A DNA stretch of 64,000 nt, from positions 1,760,001-1,824,000 of the forward strand of contig CAWETI010000003.1 in assembly GCA_963812015.1 (NCBI GenBank), read 5' to 3'. Numbering within the stretch: position 1 is the stretch's first letter; each line of letters starts with the position of its first letter. This stretch comes from an uncultured delta proteobacterium (GTDB taxonomy: Bacteria > Desulfobacterota > Desulfobaccia > Desulfobaccales > 0-14-0-80-60-11). This document shows positions 9,340-20,854 of this stretch, in pieces. Under the pieces are notes generated by a model. The model was not told the origin of the DNA, ran no database searches, and saw only the letters and a list, made by a program, of their open reading frames with translations. The position numbers and the translations under genes are program-made.

Positions 9340-9972
9340 ATGTTTAAACGGCTACTGGAGCGGTTTCACCAGGATCGCGGTCTTCACAAGGCCACGGTAC
9401 GCGTCGACTTCTCCCCCCAGAACCAGGTTACCCCCCAGATCTCGTGGTTGAGCAGCAACTCCCCCGAGGCCGATACCATCCCCTTGGTCCTCCTGGTTTA
9501 TGCCCGTATCCTTTATGAACTGGCGGAATTGAACGAAGGCCGGGTAGCCCGGGAACTGATCCGCTTCCTGGATCAGATCTGCGACCGGGTGCTTGACAGC
9601 GATGGCCCGCCGCGGCGGCCCCGCCTGCCCCTGGGGCAATTGAAGCTGGGTGCCGAGCCCGGCCAGCCCGCGGTCAGGTCTTACCAGGCGGAGTTCTACG
9701 AGTTTCAGGCCGGCGGCTACCGCCTGGATTTTCAAGGGAGCATAGGGAAAGAAGGCTTCTACCTGCCTGGGGCCTTCCTGGCCCTGTTGCAATCATGCCT
9801 GGACCACCTGGGGGACGACGCCCTGCGCCGCCTGACCCGGGGACTGGTGCGCCTCCACCTCTATTACCGGTATCGCCGGGATTTCTGGGAAGGGGGTGCG
9901 CTCACGGCCGGCCCAGCTTTCGCCCTGGGATCCGAAGAGATCCGGCCCGAGGAAGCCACCCCGGAGGTCTGA
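9340..9972 (+). CDS. Hypothetical protein
   Basis: 210-aa ORF with host-like codon usage; no family recognised. Confidence 0.7.
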   Translation: MFKRLLERFHQDRGLHKATVRVDFSPQNQVTPQISWLSSNSPEADTIPLVLLVYARILYELAELNEGRVARELIRFLDQICDRVLDSDGPPRRPRLPLGQLKLGAEPGQPAVRSYQAEFYEFQAGGYRLDFQGSIGKEGFYLPGAFLALLQSCLDHLGDDALRRLTRGLVRLHLYYRYRRDFWEGGALTAGPAFALGSEEIRPEEATPEV

Positions 9973-10190
9973 GGCGGCGGTTTTAACCTGCTTCGGAGAT
10001 TTTTGGGCGACCATAGAAGGTCGCCCTTTCTGTTCATGTCAGGAGTGCCTGTTTCCCTGACCCGGCAGTCATCCAGGTTGGAACTTGCCGGCAATATGTC
10101 CACATCTGGCGCCGGCGCCTGGGAGCCACGGCCAATACTTTGTCGGGCCAGCACAGGCCCTGGTCGAATTAAGGTGAGAGAAAGTTGGGG

Positions 10191-10775
10191 TTAGGCGGAA
10201 ATCCGTTGCAGCAGACTGGCCTTGATGCGGTCGAACTCTTCGGGGCTGATGACACCTTCGTCCCGGAGGCGAATGAACTCCTCCAACTCCTCCCGGAGGC
10301 GTTCCGGCGGCAGCCAGGTCTGGGGGTTCGGGGCCTCGGCCTCCAGGAATGCGGGGGCTTCCAGGGCCAGGGGCTGGGGCCGACCCGCGGGAAGGGTGGC
10401 CTGGGTCAGGCGGTTGGCGCCGGTATAGCGCAGGGTGAAGATGCCGTTCATCAGGGAAATTTCCACGTCCTTACCGTTCTTGGTGGCCTCCCGCATCAGA
10501 TCCTGAAAGTCGCCGGTCTGGGCCGCCATCTTGGCCTTGATGACCCCCCAGCGGCGATAGAAGCGCCAGACGACATAAGCCACCAGACAGGCAAAACCCG
10601 CGAAGATATAAGCGTTGAAGCCCAGGATGCCGGTGACCCATACCAGGGCCACGATGAGGACGAAGGGAATGGCAATGAGAAAGATCAGCAGACTGTAAAA
10701 ATTAGCCATATTCCCCAGGGAGGAAACCGAGGCGTCTACCGAATCTTTGTTAAAGCGGGAAAAAAATTTACCCAT
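10191..10775 (-). CDS. Membrane protein with C-terminal SHOCT domain
   Basis: Two N-terminal TM helices; LEEFIRLRDEGVISPEEFDRIKASLL is a SHOCT signature. Confidence 0.82.
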   Translation of the reverse strand: MGKFFSRFNKDSVDASVSSLGNMANFYSLLIFLIAIPFVLIVALVWVTGILGFNAYIFAGFACLVAYVVWRFYRRWGVIKAKMAAQTGDFQDLMREATKNGKDVEISLMNGIFTLRYTGANRLTQATLPAGRPQPLALEAPAFLEAEAPNPQTWLPPERLREELEEFIRLRDEGVISPEEFDRIKASLLQRISA

Positions 10776-10979
10776 GTTGTCGCTTCCAAGGTACGTTGTT
10801 GCCTACCCTCTATAGCGTAGCATTTTTGCCTAAAGTTGCAAGCCCGCACCGCGGCCGCCACCGCCGGTGGATATGGCCGGCTGGCCTGGAAGCCCCGGCT
10901 TTTCCTCGGTGAACCCCTGTTCCTTCAGGCCCGGGCCGGGACGCTAGCGCCCCTAAATTTATGCGCCCGGGAGCAGGCT

Positions 10980-12392
10980 TTACCCGGCCTTGAAAAAGGC
11001 CTTAAAGGCCTTGAAGGTCATGTAGAGATCAGCCTTGGAGGCCACTTCAAAAGGCGAATGCATGGACAACACCGGAGTGCCGCAGTCGATGATCTCCATG
11101 CCATACACCGCCAGGAACTTGGCGATGGTGCCGCCGCCGCCCTCATCCACCTTCCCCAACTCCCCCGCCTGCCAGATGACCCCATGGTCCTGGAAGATTT
11201 TCCGGATCCAGGCCACGTATTCGGCATTGGCGTCGCTGGTGGAATACTTGCCGCCGCTGCCGCCGTACTTATGGAAGCAGACGCCGTATCCCATCCGGGC
11301 GGCATTCCGTTTTTCGTGAACCTCGGGGAAATCCGGGTCCAGGGCGCCGGTGACGTCGGCGGAGAGGGCCTTGGACGCCATAAGCACCCGGCGCCGGGCC
11401 TGGGGGCTTTCTCCCTGGCGTTCCAGGAGGAGCTCCACGATCTCGTTCAAAAGGAAGCTCCTGGCCCCGGTGTTGCCTTCGCTGCCGATTTCCTCTTTGT
11501 CGTAGAACAGGGCCAGACAGGTGTGCTCCGGCTCCTGGACGTCCAGGATGGCGGCCAGCGACGCGTAGGCCGCGGACCGGTCATCCTGGCCGTAGCCGCC
11601 CAGCAAGCTGCGGTCCCATCCCAGGTCCCGGGCGGGGCCGGCCGGCACCACTTCAAGTTCAGCGCTGATCAGATCTTCCTCCTGGATGCCGTAATGGTCC
11701 TCCAGGTATTTCAGCAGGTAGAGCTTGAAGCGCTCCTTGGTCTCGGTATCTCCCAGGGGCAGGGACCCCACCAAAACATTGAGCTTTTCCCCTTCGAAGG
11801 CCTCGGTCACCTTCTTGTCCATCTGCGCCTTGCGGGCTAGATGGGGCAGGAGGTCCAACACGGTGAAGACGGGATCATTGGGGTCCTCCCCGACGGTGAG
11901 CTGCACGGGGGCCCCGTCCGCCTTGAGGACCACCCCGTGAATGGCCAGGGGCCGGGCCAGCCACTGGTATTTCTTGATGCCGCCGTAGTAATGGGTCTTT
12001 AAAAAGACCAGGTCCGTGTCTTCATAAAGGGGATATTGCTTCAGATCCAGGCGGGGCGAGTCGATGTGAGAGGCCACCAGCCGCAGGCCCTCGCTAAGGG
12101 GCCGGCGGCCCTGGACCGCCAGCACGATGACCTTGTTTTTATAGTTATAAAAGCCCCGGGGCCCGGATTCCTGCCGGGCGAGATCCACGAAACCCAACGC
12201 CTTTGCCTGGCGTTCGATTTCGGTCACCGCCTCCCGCTCGGTCTTGGCCCGGTCCAGAAAGGTCTTATAGTGGTCGCCGTAGGCCAAGATGGCGGCGCGT
12301 TCGGTCTGGTCAACCTGGTCCCACACCAGTTTAGGGGTGATGGCCAGGCGATCCCGCAGTTGCTTCAGTTCGTCCTTGTCCTGGACCTCCAT
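10980..12392 (-). CDS. M18-family aminopeptidase
   Basis: SHIDSPRLDLK, HYYGGIKKYQW, GQDDR, DKEEIGSEG, LSMHSPFE. Confidence 0.94.
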   Translation of the reverse strand: MEVQDKDELKQLRDRLAITPKLVWDQVDQTERAAILAYGDHYKTFLDRAKTEREAVTEIERQAKALGFVDLARQESGPRGFYNYKNKVIVLAVQGRRPLSEGLRLVASHIDSPRLDLKQYPLYEDTDLVFLKTHYYGGIKKYQWLARPLAIHGVVLKADGAPVQLTVGEDPNDPVFTVLDLLPHLARKAQMDKKVTEAFEGEKLNVLVGSLPLGDTETKERFKLYLLKYLEDHYGIQEEDLISAELEVVPAGPARDLGWDRSLLGGYGQDDRSAAYASLAAILDVQEPEHTCLALFYDKEEIGSEGNTGARSFLLNEIVELLLERQGESPQARRRVLMASKALSADVTGALDPDFPEVHEKRNAARMGYGVCFHKYGGSGGKYSTSDANAEYVAWIRKIFQDHGVIWQAGELGKVDEGGGGTIAKFLAVYGMEIIDCGTPVLSMHSPFEVASKADLYMTFKAFKAFFKAG

Positions 12393-12532
12393 GTTCGGTT
12401 TGTCCTCCCTCGTAGTCGATTACGCTATTACCGACACTTTTTTTAGGCCAAATAAAATATATGGTTGGAAGGCGATTAGTGCAAGCCGGAAGATTCTCTG
12501 AAAAAAAATGGCCAGGCGAGTTTCCTGTGCCA

Positions 12533-12688
12533 CCGGGAGTTGTAGGTCTGGCAAATTATTGAACAAGATCCTTCAATAAGGCTCAGTCTCAGAGGACGAA
12601 ATAAAGCATCGCCCGAATTCCAGGGCAGGCAATCCTGCATGGCTCTGAGCCTGACCAGAGCCGCCTGGTTCAACCGACTGCCCCCCGG
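12533..12688. ncRNA. Candidate rod-shaped structured RNA (6S-like)
   Basis: Nested complementary pairs CCGGG/CCCGG, TTGAAC/GTTCAA, AGGCTCAG/CTGAGCCT in a non-coding gap. Confidence 0.35.
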
Positions 12689-12835
12689 GGTCTCGATGCA
12701 TCGATAAAATGGAATAATACGCTGATAAATACCATAAATTGCCCCAAGAAACAACGGCGGGAGGCGATTGCCTCCAGGAGACGGTTGACTTAAGCAGGGA
12801 AAATTAATAAATTTATCAGATGAATCGATAACGTT

Positions 12836-12917
12836 GCGAGAGTGGCGGAATCAGGCAGACGCACTGGATTTAGGTTCCAGCGGGATAACCGTGGGGGTTC
12901 GAGTCCCCCCTCTCGCA
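12836..12917 (+). tRNA. tRNA-Leu(TAG)
   Basis: GCGAGAG acceptor stem, TGGCGGAATCAGGCAGAC D-arm, anticodon loop TTTAGGT, long variable arm, GTTCGAGTC T-loop; CCA not encoded. Confidence 0.96.
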
Positions 12918-13005
12918 CTCCTGCACGGGGGAGCGTCAGGCTGGGGGTAAGCCCGCCTGAACCCTAATAAAAATTTAAATTAACGGAAGACTGTGAGCCA
13001 AGAAG

Positions 13006-14346
13006 ATGACAGAAAGCGCCTTGAAGGTGGAGATCGAGAATCTCAGCGAAGTCAAACGGAAATTAAAGATCGAGGTCCCCTCCGCCGAGGTGACCCAGGA
13101 AGTGGACCGGGCCTACCGGGAATTGGGAAAGCAGGCCAAAGTTAAAGGCTTCCGGCCGGGCAAGGTGCCGCGCTCCGTCCTGGAGATGTATTACCGTAAG
13201 CAGATTGACCAGGATGTGTCCGACGCCCTGGTGCGCCGTTCCCTGGGAGAGGTCTTGAAGGACAAGGATCTGGATCCCATCAACCTGAGCTGGCCGGAAC
13301 CCGTGCCCCCCGTGGTGGCCGGGGAGGATTACCATTACAGCGTGGAGGTGGAAGTCTCCCCGGAATTTACTGCGACGGACTACCTGGACCTCAAGCTGGC
13401 GGCTCCGGAAGTCGAGGTGACCGATGCGGAGGTGGACCAGCGCCTGGAGGGGATTCGGGAGTCCAACGCCCTCTTGAAACCCCCGGCGACAGAGCGGGGC
13501 GTCCAGGAGAAGGACTTTGTGGTCCTGGATTACCAGGGCTACTTCGCCGGGGAGCCGGTGGAAGGCGCCAAGGCCGAAGGCGCTTACATGGAGGTGGGGA
13601 GCGGCCAGTTCAACACCGATTTCGAGCGCAACCTCCTGGGGCTCAAGGCCGGGGCTGAAGCCCATTTCGCCGTGGACCTGCCCAACGATTTTGCCAATCC
13701 CCTCATCGCCGGCAAGGTGATCGACTTCCAGGTGAAGGTCCAGGAAGTGAAAGAGAAAGCAGTCCCCGAACTGGATGATGCCTTCGCCCAAAACCTGGGT
13801 GGCAATTTTCAAACCCTGGCTGACTTGCGCACAGCAGTGCGAGAGGATATTATTAATACAAAGGAGCGGGAGCGGCAGGCTTATCTGGAGAACCAGGTGT
13901 CGGATCAACTGCTGGCCAAACACGCCTTCGAGTTGCCGCCCTCTTTGGTCAGCCAGGAACAAGAAAACATGCTGCGGGACCAGATGGAACGCTTCAGCCA
14001 GCATGGCATGAACGTGGCCAACATGGACACGGGTAAGATGCTGGAGGTCCTGAAACCCATGGCGGAGCGTCGGGTGCGAGTCAGGCTGATCCTGGCCCGC
14101 ATCGCCGCCCAGGAAAACCTGGCGGTGGACGACGCCGAAATGGATGCCGCCCTGGCCCGCATCGCCGTGAGCAATCGCGTCGACGTTACCGAGGTGAAGA
14201 AGTTTTATGAGGAACGCGACCTCACGGGGAGCCTCAGACGGACGCTCCTTGACGACAAGACCATGAAACTGTTGTTTGACAAAGCCGAGATCAATACAGC
14301 CGCCCCCCCAGCCGAGGAGGCGGGCGCGGCAGAGGGAAAGGAGTAG
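13006..14346 (+). CDS. tig: Trigger factor
   Basis: GFRPGKVP ribosome-binding motif, FKBP domain; upstream of clpP. Confidence 0.96.
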   Translation: MTESALKVEIENLSEVKRKLKIEVPSAEVTQEVDRAYRELGKQAKVKGFRPGKVPRSVLEMYYRKQIDQDVSDALVRRSLGEVLKDKDLDPINLSWPEPVPPVVAGEDYHYSVEVEVSPEFTATDYLDLKLAAPEVEVTDAEVDQRLEGIRESNALLKPPATERGVQEKDFVVLDYQGYFAGEPVEGAKAEGAYMEVGSGQFNTDFERNLLGLKAGAEAHFAVDLPNDFANPLIAGKVIDFQVKVQEVKEKAVPELDDAFAQNLGGNFQTLADLRTAVREDIINTKERERQAYLENQVSDQLLAKHAFELPPSLVSQEQENMLRDQMERFSQHGMNVANMDTGKMLEVLKPMAERRVRVRLILARIAAQENLAVDDAEMDAALARIAVSNRVDVTEVKKFYEERDLTGSLRRTLLDDKTMKLLFDKAEINTAAPPAEEAGAAEGKE

Positions 14347-14347
14347 A

Positions 14348-14965
14348 ATGCAGTTAATTCCCATCGTGGTAGAGCAGAGCAGCCGGGGTGAGCGGGCTTA
14401 CGACATCTATTCCCGGCTTCTCAGAGACCGGATCATTTTTCTGGGGACCGCCATTAATGATGATGTCGCCAACCTGGTCATCGCCCAATTGCTGTTTCTG
14501 GAAGCAGAGGACCCTGACAAGGAAATTAACTTTTATATCAACTCACCCGGCGGTTTGGTGACCGCGGGGATGGCTATATATGATACCATGCAGTACATTA
14601 AGAGCCCGGTAGCCACCCTGTGCATGGGCCAGGGGGCCAGCATGGCGGCGCTATTGTTGACCGCGGGCGCCAAGGGCAAGCGCTTTGCCCTGCCCCATGC
14701 CCGGATCTTGATTCACCAACCCCTGGGCGGGTTTCAGGGGCAGGCCACGGACGTGGGCATCCAGGCGCAGGAAATTTTGCGGCTGCGGGAAGAATTGAAC
14801 GAAATCATGGCTGGACATACCGGCCAATCCATTGAGCGTATCCACCAGGATACCGAGCGGGACTTTTATATGTCCGGCCAGCAGGCCAAGGAATATGGCT
14901 TGATTGACGAGGTCATCTCCCGCCGGGAAGCGGGGGTCCTTTCCCCCGCCCGGCATCAGGACTAG
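14348..14965 (+). CDS. clpP: ATP-dependent Clp protease proteolytic subunit
   Basis: [33 protein letters not shown]; start reassigned to ATG 14348. Confidence 0.97.
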   Translation: MQLIPIVVEQSSRGERAYDIYSRLLRDRIIFLGTAINDDVANLVIAQLLFLEAEDPDKEINFYINSPGGLVTAGMAIYDTMQYIKSPVATLCMGQGASMAALLLTAGAKGKRFALPHARILIHQPLGGFQGQATDVGIQAQEILRLREELNEIMAGHTGQSIERIHQDTERDFYMSGQQAKEYGLIDEVISRREAGVLSPARHQD

Positions 14966-15100
14966 TCGCCTGATATGAGCTGAAGAATTAGCCGCCGGGA
15001 GCCGATACATACATCAGCCCCGCACTATCGGCGGCAGCGCAGCAAAGCAGCCAAAGCCTCGAAGCGGTTCTTTTTCGGGGTTTTGCGGAGGAAAACTTAT

Positions 15101-16384
15101 ATGAGTAAGCGCGGTACCGACAAGAGTGCCGACCTGTTGTGTTCTTTTTGCGGTAAAAGCCAGGGCGAGGTGAAGAAGCTCATCGCCGGCCCCGGTGTTT
15201 ACATCTGCGATGAGTGCATCGAACTGTGCAACGATATCATCGCGGAAGAGTACGAGAAGGACGAAGCCAAGCACGCCCGGCTGTCGATTCCCGAGCCGGC
15301 GATCATCAAGAAGCAGATCGACGAGTACGTCATCGGCCAGGAACGGGCCAAAAAGATCCTGTCCGTGGCGGTCTACAATCACTATAAACGCATCAACGCC
15401 GGGGTGGACCTGGATGGGGTGGAGCTCCAAAAAAGCAACATCCTCCTGGTGGGCCCCACCGGCTCCGGCAAAACCCTGCTGGCCCAGACCCTGGCCCGCA
15501 TTTTGAACGTGCCCTTCACCATCGCCGATGCCACCACCCTTACTGAGGCCGGCTACGTGGGCGAGGATGTGGAAAACATCATCCTCAATCTTTTGCAATC
15601 CGCGGACTACGATGTGGAAAAGGCTTCCCGGGGCATTGTCTATATCGACGAGGTGGACAAGATTGCCCGCAAGACGGACAGCCCCTCCATCACCCGGGAT
15701 GTCTCCGGGGAAGGGGTGCAGCAAGCCCTGCTCAAGATCATCGAGGGCACCATGGCCTCGGTGCCTCCCAAGGGCGGCCGCAAACACCCCCAGCAGGAGT
15801 TCATCAAGGTCGACACCACCAACATCCTGTTCATCTGCGGCGGCGCCTTCAACGGCCTCGAGGACATCATCGGGGCCCGTATTGGGCGCAAGTCCATGGG
15901 ATTCGGCGCCGACATCCGGAGCCGGGCCCAGCAGCCTTTGGGGGAAATCCTGGTTCAGGTGCAGCCCCAGGATCTGCTGAAGTTCGGTCTCATTCCCGAG
16001 TTCGTGGGGCGCCTCCCGGTGCTCGCCACCCTGGATGAGCTCAATGAAGATGCCCTGATGCGCATCCTCAAGGAGCCCAGGAACGCCCTGGTGAAACAGT
16101 ACCAGAAACTCCTGGAATTGGACCGGGTGGCGCTGAAATTCACCGATGGCGCCCTGGAAGCTGTGGCCAAAGAGGCCCTGAAGCGCAAGTCCGGGGCCCG
16201 GGGGCTGAGGGCCATCCTGGAACGGGCCATGTTGGACCTGATGTATGAACTGCCGTCCCTCAAAGATGTGCAGGAATGCTTGATTAATGAGGAATTCATT
16301 ATCAAACATGCCGCGCCGATCTTCACTTACCGCCCGGCGGAGGACATGTCCTGGGATAAGCCCGGGGTGGCGGTGCAGCAATGA
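15101..16384 (+). CDS. clpX: ATP-dependent Clp protease ATP-binding subunit ClpX
   Basis: CSFCGK zinc-binding domain, [22 protein letters not shown]. Confidence 0.97.
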   Translation: MSKRGTDKSADLLCSFCGKSQGEVKKLIAGPGVYICDECIELCNDIIAEEYEKDEAKHARLSIPEPAIIKKQIDEYVIGQERAKKILSVAVYNHYKRINAGVDLDGVELQKSNILLVGPTGSGKTLLAQTLARILNVPFTIADATTLTEAGYVGEDVENIILNLLQSADYDVEKASRGIVYIDEVDKIARKTDSPSITRDVSGEGVQQALLKIIEGTMASVPPKGGRKHPQQEFIKVDTTNILFICGGAFNGLEDIIGARIGRKSMGFGADIRSRAQQPLGEILVQVQPQDLLKFGLIPEFVGRLPVLATLDELNEDALMRILKEPRNALVKQYQKLLELDRVALKFTDGALEAVAKEALKRKSGARGLRAILERAMLDLMYELPSLKDVQECLINEEFIIKHAAPIFTYRPAEDMSWDKPGVAVQQ

Positions 16385-18837
16385 TATTCCGGTTACCCAA
16401 AAACCGCGGCACCGGGGAGGGTGACAAGCATAATCTGCTCACGGTCCCCATGTTGCCCCTGAGGGATATCGTCATTTTCCCTCACATGGTGGTACCGCTG
16501 TTTATCGGCCGGGAACGCTCCATCCATGCCCTGGAATATGCCATGGGGCAGGAAAAATATATCCTCCTGTGCACCCAGAAGGACCCCCGCAAGGACGAAC
16601 CCCGGGAAGGCGAGATTCACCGCCTGGGGACCCTGGCCGCGATCCTGCAGCTCTTGCGCCTGCCCGACGGCACCGTCAAGGTGCTGGTGGAGGGCAAGAG
16701 CCGGGCCATTGTGCGCCAGACGCTGCCTATTTCCCAATTTTACCAGGTGGAAGCCGAAGAACTCCTGGAGTCCTGGGAGATCAATTCCGAAACCGAGGCG
16801 CTGCGCCGCACTGCGGTCGCCGGTTTTGAAACGTATGCCAAACTGAACAAGAAGGTCCCCCAGGAAGCCTTGCAGAGCCTGGTGGGGGTGGATGACCCGG
16901 GACGCCTGTCCGACATCATCGCCGGCCATCTGGCCATCAAGGCCGAAGAGAAGCAGAGTCTGCTGGAAACCCTGGATGCCTCCCGTCGTCTGGAGCAGGT
17001 GGTGGGCCTGGTGAACCGGGAAAATGAAATCCTCCAGATCGAGTCCCGCATCAAGAACCGGGTCAAGAAGCAGATGGAAAAGACCCAGCGTGAGTACTAT
17101 CTCAACGAGCAGATGCGGGCTATTCAGAAGGAAATGGGGGAAAAAGAGGATCTCAAGGGCGAGATCCAGGAGTTGGAGCGGCGTATCCGCCGGAAGAAGA
17201 TGAGCGCTGAGGCCACCGCCAAGGTCAAACATGAGGTGAAGAAGCTGAAGCTCATGAGCCCCATGTCGGCTGAGGCCACGGTCTCCCGGAACTACATCGA
17301 CTGGCTCCTCTCCCTGCCCTGGTACGAGAAGACCAAGGATAAGCACAACCTGGAAGAGGCCGAGCGCATCCTCGAAGAAGACCACTATGGCCTGGAGAAA
17401 CCCAAGGAACGCATCCTGGAACACCTGGCGGTTCAGAGCCTGGTGAAAAAGATGAAGGGCCCCATCCTCTGTCTGGTGGGGCCGCCGGGCGTGGGCAAAA
17501 CCTCTCTGGCCAAATCGGTGGCCCGGGCCATGGGACGCACCTTCGTGCGCCTCTCCCTGGGGGGTGTCCGGGACGAAGCCGAGATTCGCGGTCACCGGCG
17601 CACCTATATCGGGGCCCTCCCCGGCAAAATCATGCAATCCCTCAAAAAGGCCAAGACCAACAACCCGGTCTTCTGCCTGGATGAAGTGGACAAGATGAGC
17701 ACGGATTTCCGGGGCGACCCCTCCGCGGCCCTCCTGGAAGTCCTGGATCCGGAACAGAATTTCGCCTTTAACGACCATTACCTGGACGTGGACTATGACC
17801 TGTCCGAAGTGATGTTCATCACCACCGCGAACAATCTCTACTCCATCCCGCCGCCGCTTCAGGACCGGATGGAGATCATTCGGTTGGCCGGATATACCGA
17901 GGTGGAGAAGCTCCAGATTGCCGAGCAGTTTTTGATCCCCAAACAATGCCTCGCCAATGGCCTGACCAAGGAGAACCTCCAGTTCTCGGAAAACGCCATT
18001 CTCACCGTCATCCGGCAGTACACCCGGGAAGCCGGGGTGCGTAACCTGGAACGGGAGATCGCCTCCATCAGCCGAAAGGTGGCCCGGGAAGTGGCCGCTA
18101 AGGGCCGGGAACATCAAGTCAAGGTCAGCACTCAGATGGTGCCCAAGTACCTGGGAGTGCCTAAGTTCCGCTTCGGCCGCACCGAGGAGGCTGATGAAGT
18201 GGGCCTCACCACCGGCTTGGCCTGGACCGAATTCGGGGGCGAACTTCTCCATACCGAGGTGGTGGTTATGCCCGGTCGGGGCAAGCTTTTGATCACCGGC
18301 AAGCTGGGAGAAGTCATGCAGGAGTCAGCCCAGGCGGCCCTGAGCTATGTGCGTTCCAAGGCCGAGAGCCTGGGGCTTCCGGCGGATTTCTATCGCACGA
18401 TCGACCTTCACATCCACGTGCCGGAGGGCGCCATCCCCAAAGATGGCCCATCCGCCGGGATTACCATCGCCACCTGCATCGCCTCGGCATTGCTGAAGAT
18501 CCCGGTCCATCGCGATGTGGCCATGACCGGCGAGATCACCCTCCGGGGCCGGGTCCTGCCCATCGGCGGGCTGAAGGAAAAGATCATCGCGGCCCACCGC
18601 CACCAGATCAAGACCGTCCTCATCCCCCGGGACAACGAAAAGGATATCAAAGAGATTCCTGCCCGGATTCTTAAGGCGGTGGACCTGGTGCCCGTGGACC
18701 ACATGGACGAGGTCCTAAAAAGAGCCTTGGTCCTGGATGATCCGGACAACCTGTTCAAGCCGGTGCCGCCACCGGTGCCGCCTGAAGGGGTTTACGTACC
18801 ATCCGAGCCGCCCGGCGCCGAGATTCAGGCCCATTAA
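16381..18837 (+). CDS. lon: Lon protease (endopeptidase La)
   Basis: PMLPLRD N-domain, [17 protein letters not shown] catalytic Ser, GGLKEK. Confidence 0.97.
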   Translation: MIFRLPKNRGTGEGDKHNLLTVPMLPLRDIVIFPHMVVPLFIGRERSIHALEYAMGQEKYILLCTQKDPRKDEPREGEIHRLGTLAAILQLLRLPDGTVKVLVEGKSRAIVRQTLPISQFYQVEAEELLESWEINSETEALRRTAVAGFETYAKLNKKVPQEALQSLVGVDDPGRLSDIIAGHLAIKAEEKQSLLETLDASRRLEQVVGLVNRENEILQIESRIKNRVKKQMEKTQREYYLNEQMRAIQKEMGEKEDLKGEIQELERRIRRKKMSAEATAKVKHEVKKLKLMSPMSAEATVSRNYIDWLLSLPWYEKTKDKHNLEEAERILEEDHYGLEKPKERILEHLAVQSLVKKMKGPILCLVGPPGVGKTSLAKSVARAMGRTFVRLSLGGVRDEAEIRGHRRTYIGALPGKIMQSLKKAKTNNPVFCLDEVDKMSTDFRGDPSAALLEVLDPEQNFAFNDHYLDVDYDLSEVMFITTANNLYSIPPPLQDRMEIIRLAGYTEVEKLQIAEQFLIPKQCLANGLTKENLQFSENAILTVIRQYTREAGVRNLEREIASISRKVAREVAAKGREHQVKVSTQMVPKYLGVPKFRFGRTEEADEVGLTTGLAWTEFGGELLHTEVVVMPGRGKLLITGKLGEVMQESAQAALSYVRSKAESLGLPADFYRTIDLHIHVPEGAIPKDGPSAGITIATCIASALLKIPVHRDVAMTGEITLRGRVLPIGGLKEKIIAAHRHQIKTVLIPRDNEKDIKEIPARILKAVDLVPVDHMDEVLKRALVLDDPDNLFKPVPPPVPPEGVYVPSEPPGAEIQAH

Positions 18838-19098
18838 CTGGCGGCGCGGCGCAGCTTGCCTTTAAAAAGAAATATTACGCATAGGAATTAAGCAGGGCAG
18901 TCAAACCATCTCTTCCCCTGCCCCGCACCCTCAGGTAATTGAACCGGACAGGGTGAAGGTAAGCGTTTGCCGCGCTCTGGCTCATAAGGCAAAAAAAGTA
19001 AAAAAAGACGCGAACAGGACTGGGATACGGCCCCTGATGCACCCCTGAGGCATAATCCCCTTGACAGCGGGGCCTCCATAAGCGAATATTACGGGGGC

Positions 19099-19174
19099 GG
19101 GCGGATAGCTCAGCTGGGAGAGCATCGGCCTTACAAGCCGGGGGTCACAGGTTCGAGCCCTGTTCCGCCTACCA
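19099..19174 (+). tRNA. tRNA-Val(TAC)
   Basis: Cloverleaf with anticodon loop CTTACAA, GTTCGAG T-loop, encoded CCA. Confidence 0.96.
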
Positions 19175-19181
19175 GCCCTAC

Positions 19182-19258
<77 letters not shown>

Positions 19259-19268
19259 TAGTAAATTC

Positions 19269-19304
19269 AAGGGCTTAGATGATTTGCTAAGCCCTTTTTC
19301 TTTT
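19269..19304 (+). terminator. Rho-independent terminator of the tRNA operon
   Basis: AAGGGCTTAG/CTAAGCCCTT stem followed by a T-rich tract. Confidence 0.8.
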
Positions 19305-19643
19305 CCTCACAAAGCTTTTCCCCCACTAAGTTCTCCCAGGTTGCGGTAATTCCGGCCCCGGATGTCGACTGATACAATAAAACAGGTAATCCATGCCTCA
19401 AGCTCCATGTCCAGGGCCGGAGTAAAGCTATAAGGCGGCCAGGGACCGGTGCATTCGCATAGTAAGCCCCGGTTGGGCGTTGCGGCCGTTGGCCGCCTCG
19501 ATATGCGCCTTAAATCCGCTGACCGCCTTGGCGGGCACCAGGACATCTTTGCGAAAAATTCGTGCGTGTCGGATGGTCCGGGAGATGCCGACTATTTCTG
19601 ATAAGGGGAGGCTATGACCCAAGGCTAAAATTGCGGGGTCCAT

Positions 19644-19677
19644 AAAAAAACTGGCCAGGTGGGGGAGACCTGGCCAG
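19644..19677 (-). terminator. Rho-independent terminator
   Basis: CTGGCCAGGT/ACCTGGCCAG perfect stem, then TTTTTTT on the minus strand. Confidence 0.85.
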
Positions 19678-19753
19678 CGGGTGAAAGGAGAAATGGTCTA
19701 TGAACTTTGATTAAGGGGGGGATGTGGTTACCTTAATTATGGTTCATATTTGC
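19644..19753 (-). ncRNA. Candidate sigma54-dependent small RNA (~110 nt)
   Basis: Lies between a -24/-12 promoter and a perfect 10-bp terminator hairpin with T7 tail; no ORF beyond a 4-codon MNHN; contains CCCCCCC and TTCTCCTTTC motifs. Confidence 0.6.
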
Positions 19754-19763
19754 CTTACCTATA

Positions 19764-19780
19764 TGCAGGAAGCGTGCCGC
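19764..19780 (-). promoter_or_regulatory. Sigma54 (-24/-12) promoter
   Basis: Minus strand GCGGCACGCTTCCTGCA with exact GG-N10-GC spacing; IHF-like site TATCAGTATGTTA at 19808-19820 in the AT-rich upstream DNA. Confidence 0.7.
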
Positions 19781-20468
19781 AAAATATGATTTATATTTAT
19801 TGTGCATTATCAGTATGTTACCAATTTGGACTCAAAGTACCAGTTCAATTTTTTTTACCGAATCCTGACAGTGCGAAAGCCATTATTGGGTAACTTATTA
19901 AATATATTGTATTATTACACGATATAAATTTTCAGCTAGCCGGCCTAAAAGTCAGCTTCAGGAGGATATGACCTGGGACACTCCAGACCTCCGCTGGCCT
20001 GGGGGTGCTGAACCAAGAAGATTGAAAGACCGGAGTTCCGCCGTCGGGTGGGTTTTCATCAACCCCTGGCCTGGTGCATTTCCTTCCCCCCAAGGGCCGT
20101 GAGGGTATGGCGATCATGTCGGCAGCCAGAGGGAACCCTTGATCAGCAGGTTCTCGCGGCGGCTGCGGTGAGCCGCCAATGGAGAAAATGTCCATCTGCA
20201 TAACTATTTCATCCCGGCATGAGGATAATCTCAGCTGGGGCCCGGCAGACCGGCATAAGAGTGCGAATAATTTTTTTATTATCTTGACATTGGGGAAATT
20301 TCTTGTAAAATTGAACAAGTTTAGCATGTCAGACTGAAGGCAGGGCACAAGTCCTGGACAAGAATCGGACGGGGGTGCTAATTCCCCGCCGATTTTTTTT
20401 TGCCTGACTGCTGTGCGCCCTGCTTTTTTGGCGGGTATATCATTGCAGTATTTGTAGGAGGTTTCACC

Positions 20469-20672
20469 ATGAAGGAAACTGGCACGGTAAAATGGTTCAA
20501 CGATTCCAAGGGCTTCGGCTTCATCACTCGGGAAAGCGGCCCGGATGTGTTTGTGCATCACAGCGCCATCCAGGGTGAGGGCTTTCGCTCCCTGGCCGAA
20601 GAACAGGCAGTTGAATTTGAGGTGGTCCAGGGTCCCAAGGGGCCCCAGGCCCAGAACGTTTTCAAACTTTAA
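20469..20672 (+). CDS. Cold-shock protein (CspA family)
   Basis: [15 protein letters not shown] (RNP1), VFVHHSAI (RNP2); AGGAGG RBS; TTGACA...TAAAAT at 20284-20311 implies a long 5' UTR. Confidence 0.96.
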   Translation: MKETGTVKWFNDSKGFGFITRESGPDVFVHHSAIQGEGFRSLAEEQAVEFEVVQGPKGPQAQNVFKL

Positions 20673-20854
20673 ACCATAAGGTTTGATGCTACTCAGAACT
20701 CCGGAGGTGTTGCGACCCCGGAGTTCTGTCACTTCGGGCCCCAGCGCCACGAAAACTGGGGCCGAACCGTCTGGTCCAAGCGTGCCGGAAGCATGGCCAG
20801 CCGAGACTCGCACGTCCTGCTGGGCCGCATCGACCGGGGTGAAGAAAATTTTCT

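Noticed and set aside
13063..18252. Long antisense ORFs opposite tig, clpX and lon (and similar ones opposite uvrB, guaA, yihY and the MFS gene)
   Set aside because: Shadow ORFs expected from high-GC codon bias; the opposite strand encodes unambiguous conserved proteins.
19428..19643. ORF with faint resemblance to YbjQ/UPF0145 (TIRHARIFRKDVL)
   Set aside because: Similarity is too short, there is no RBS, and it starts directly after a terminator; it would need BLASTx support.
19968..20102. 44-codon ORF after an AGGAGG RBS
   Set aside because: No recognisable motif and a Pro/Trp/Gly-rich, non-coding-like composition.
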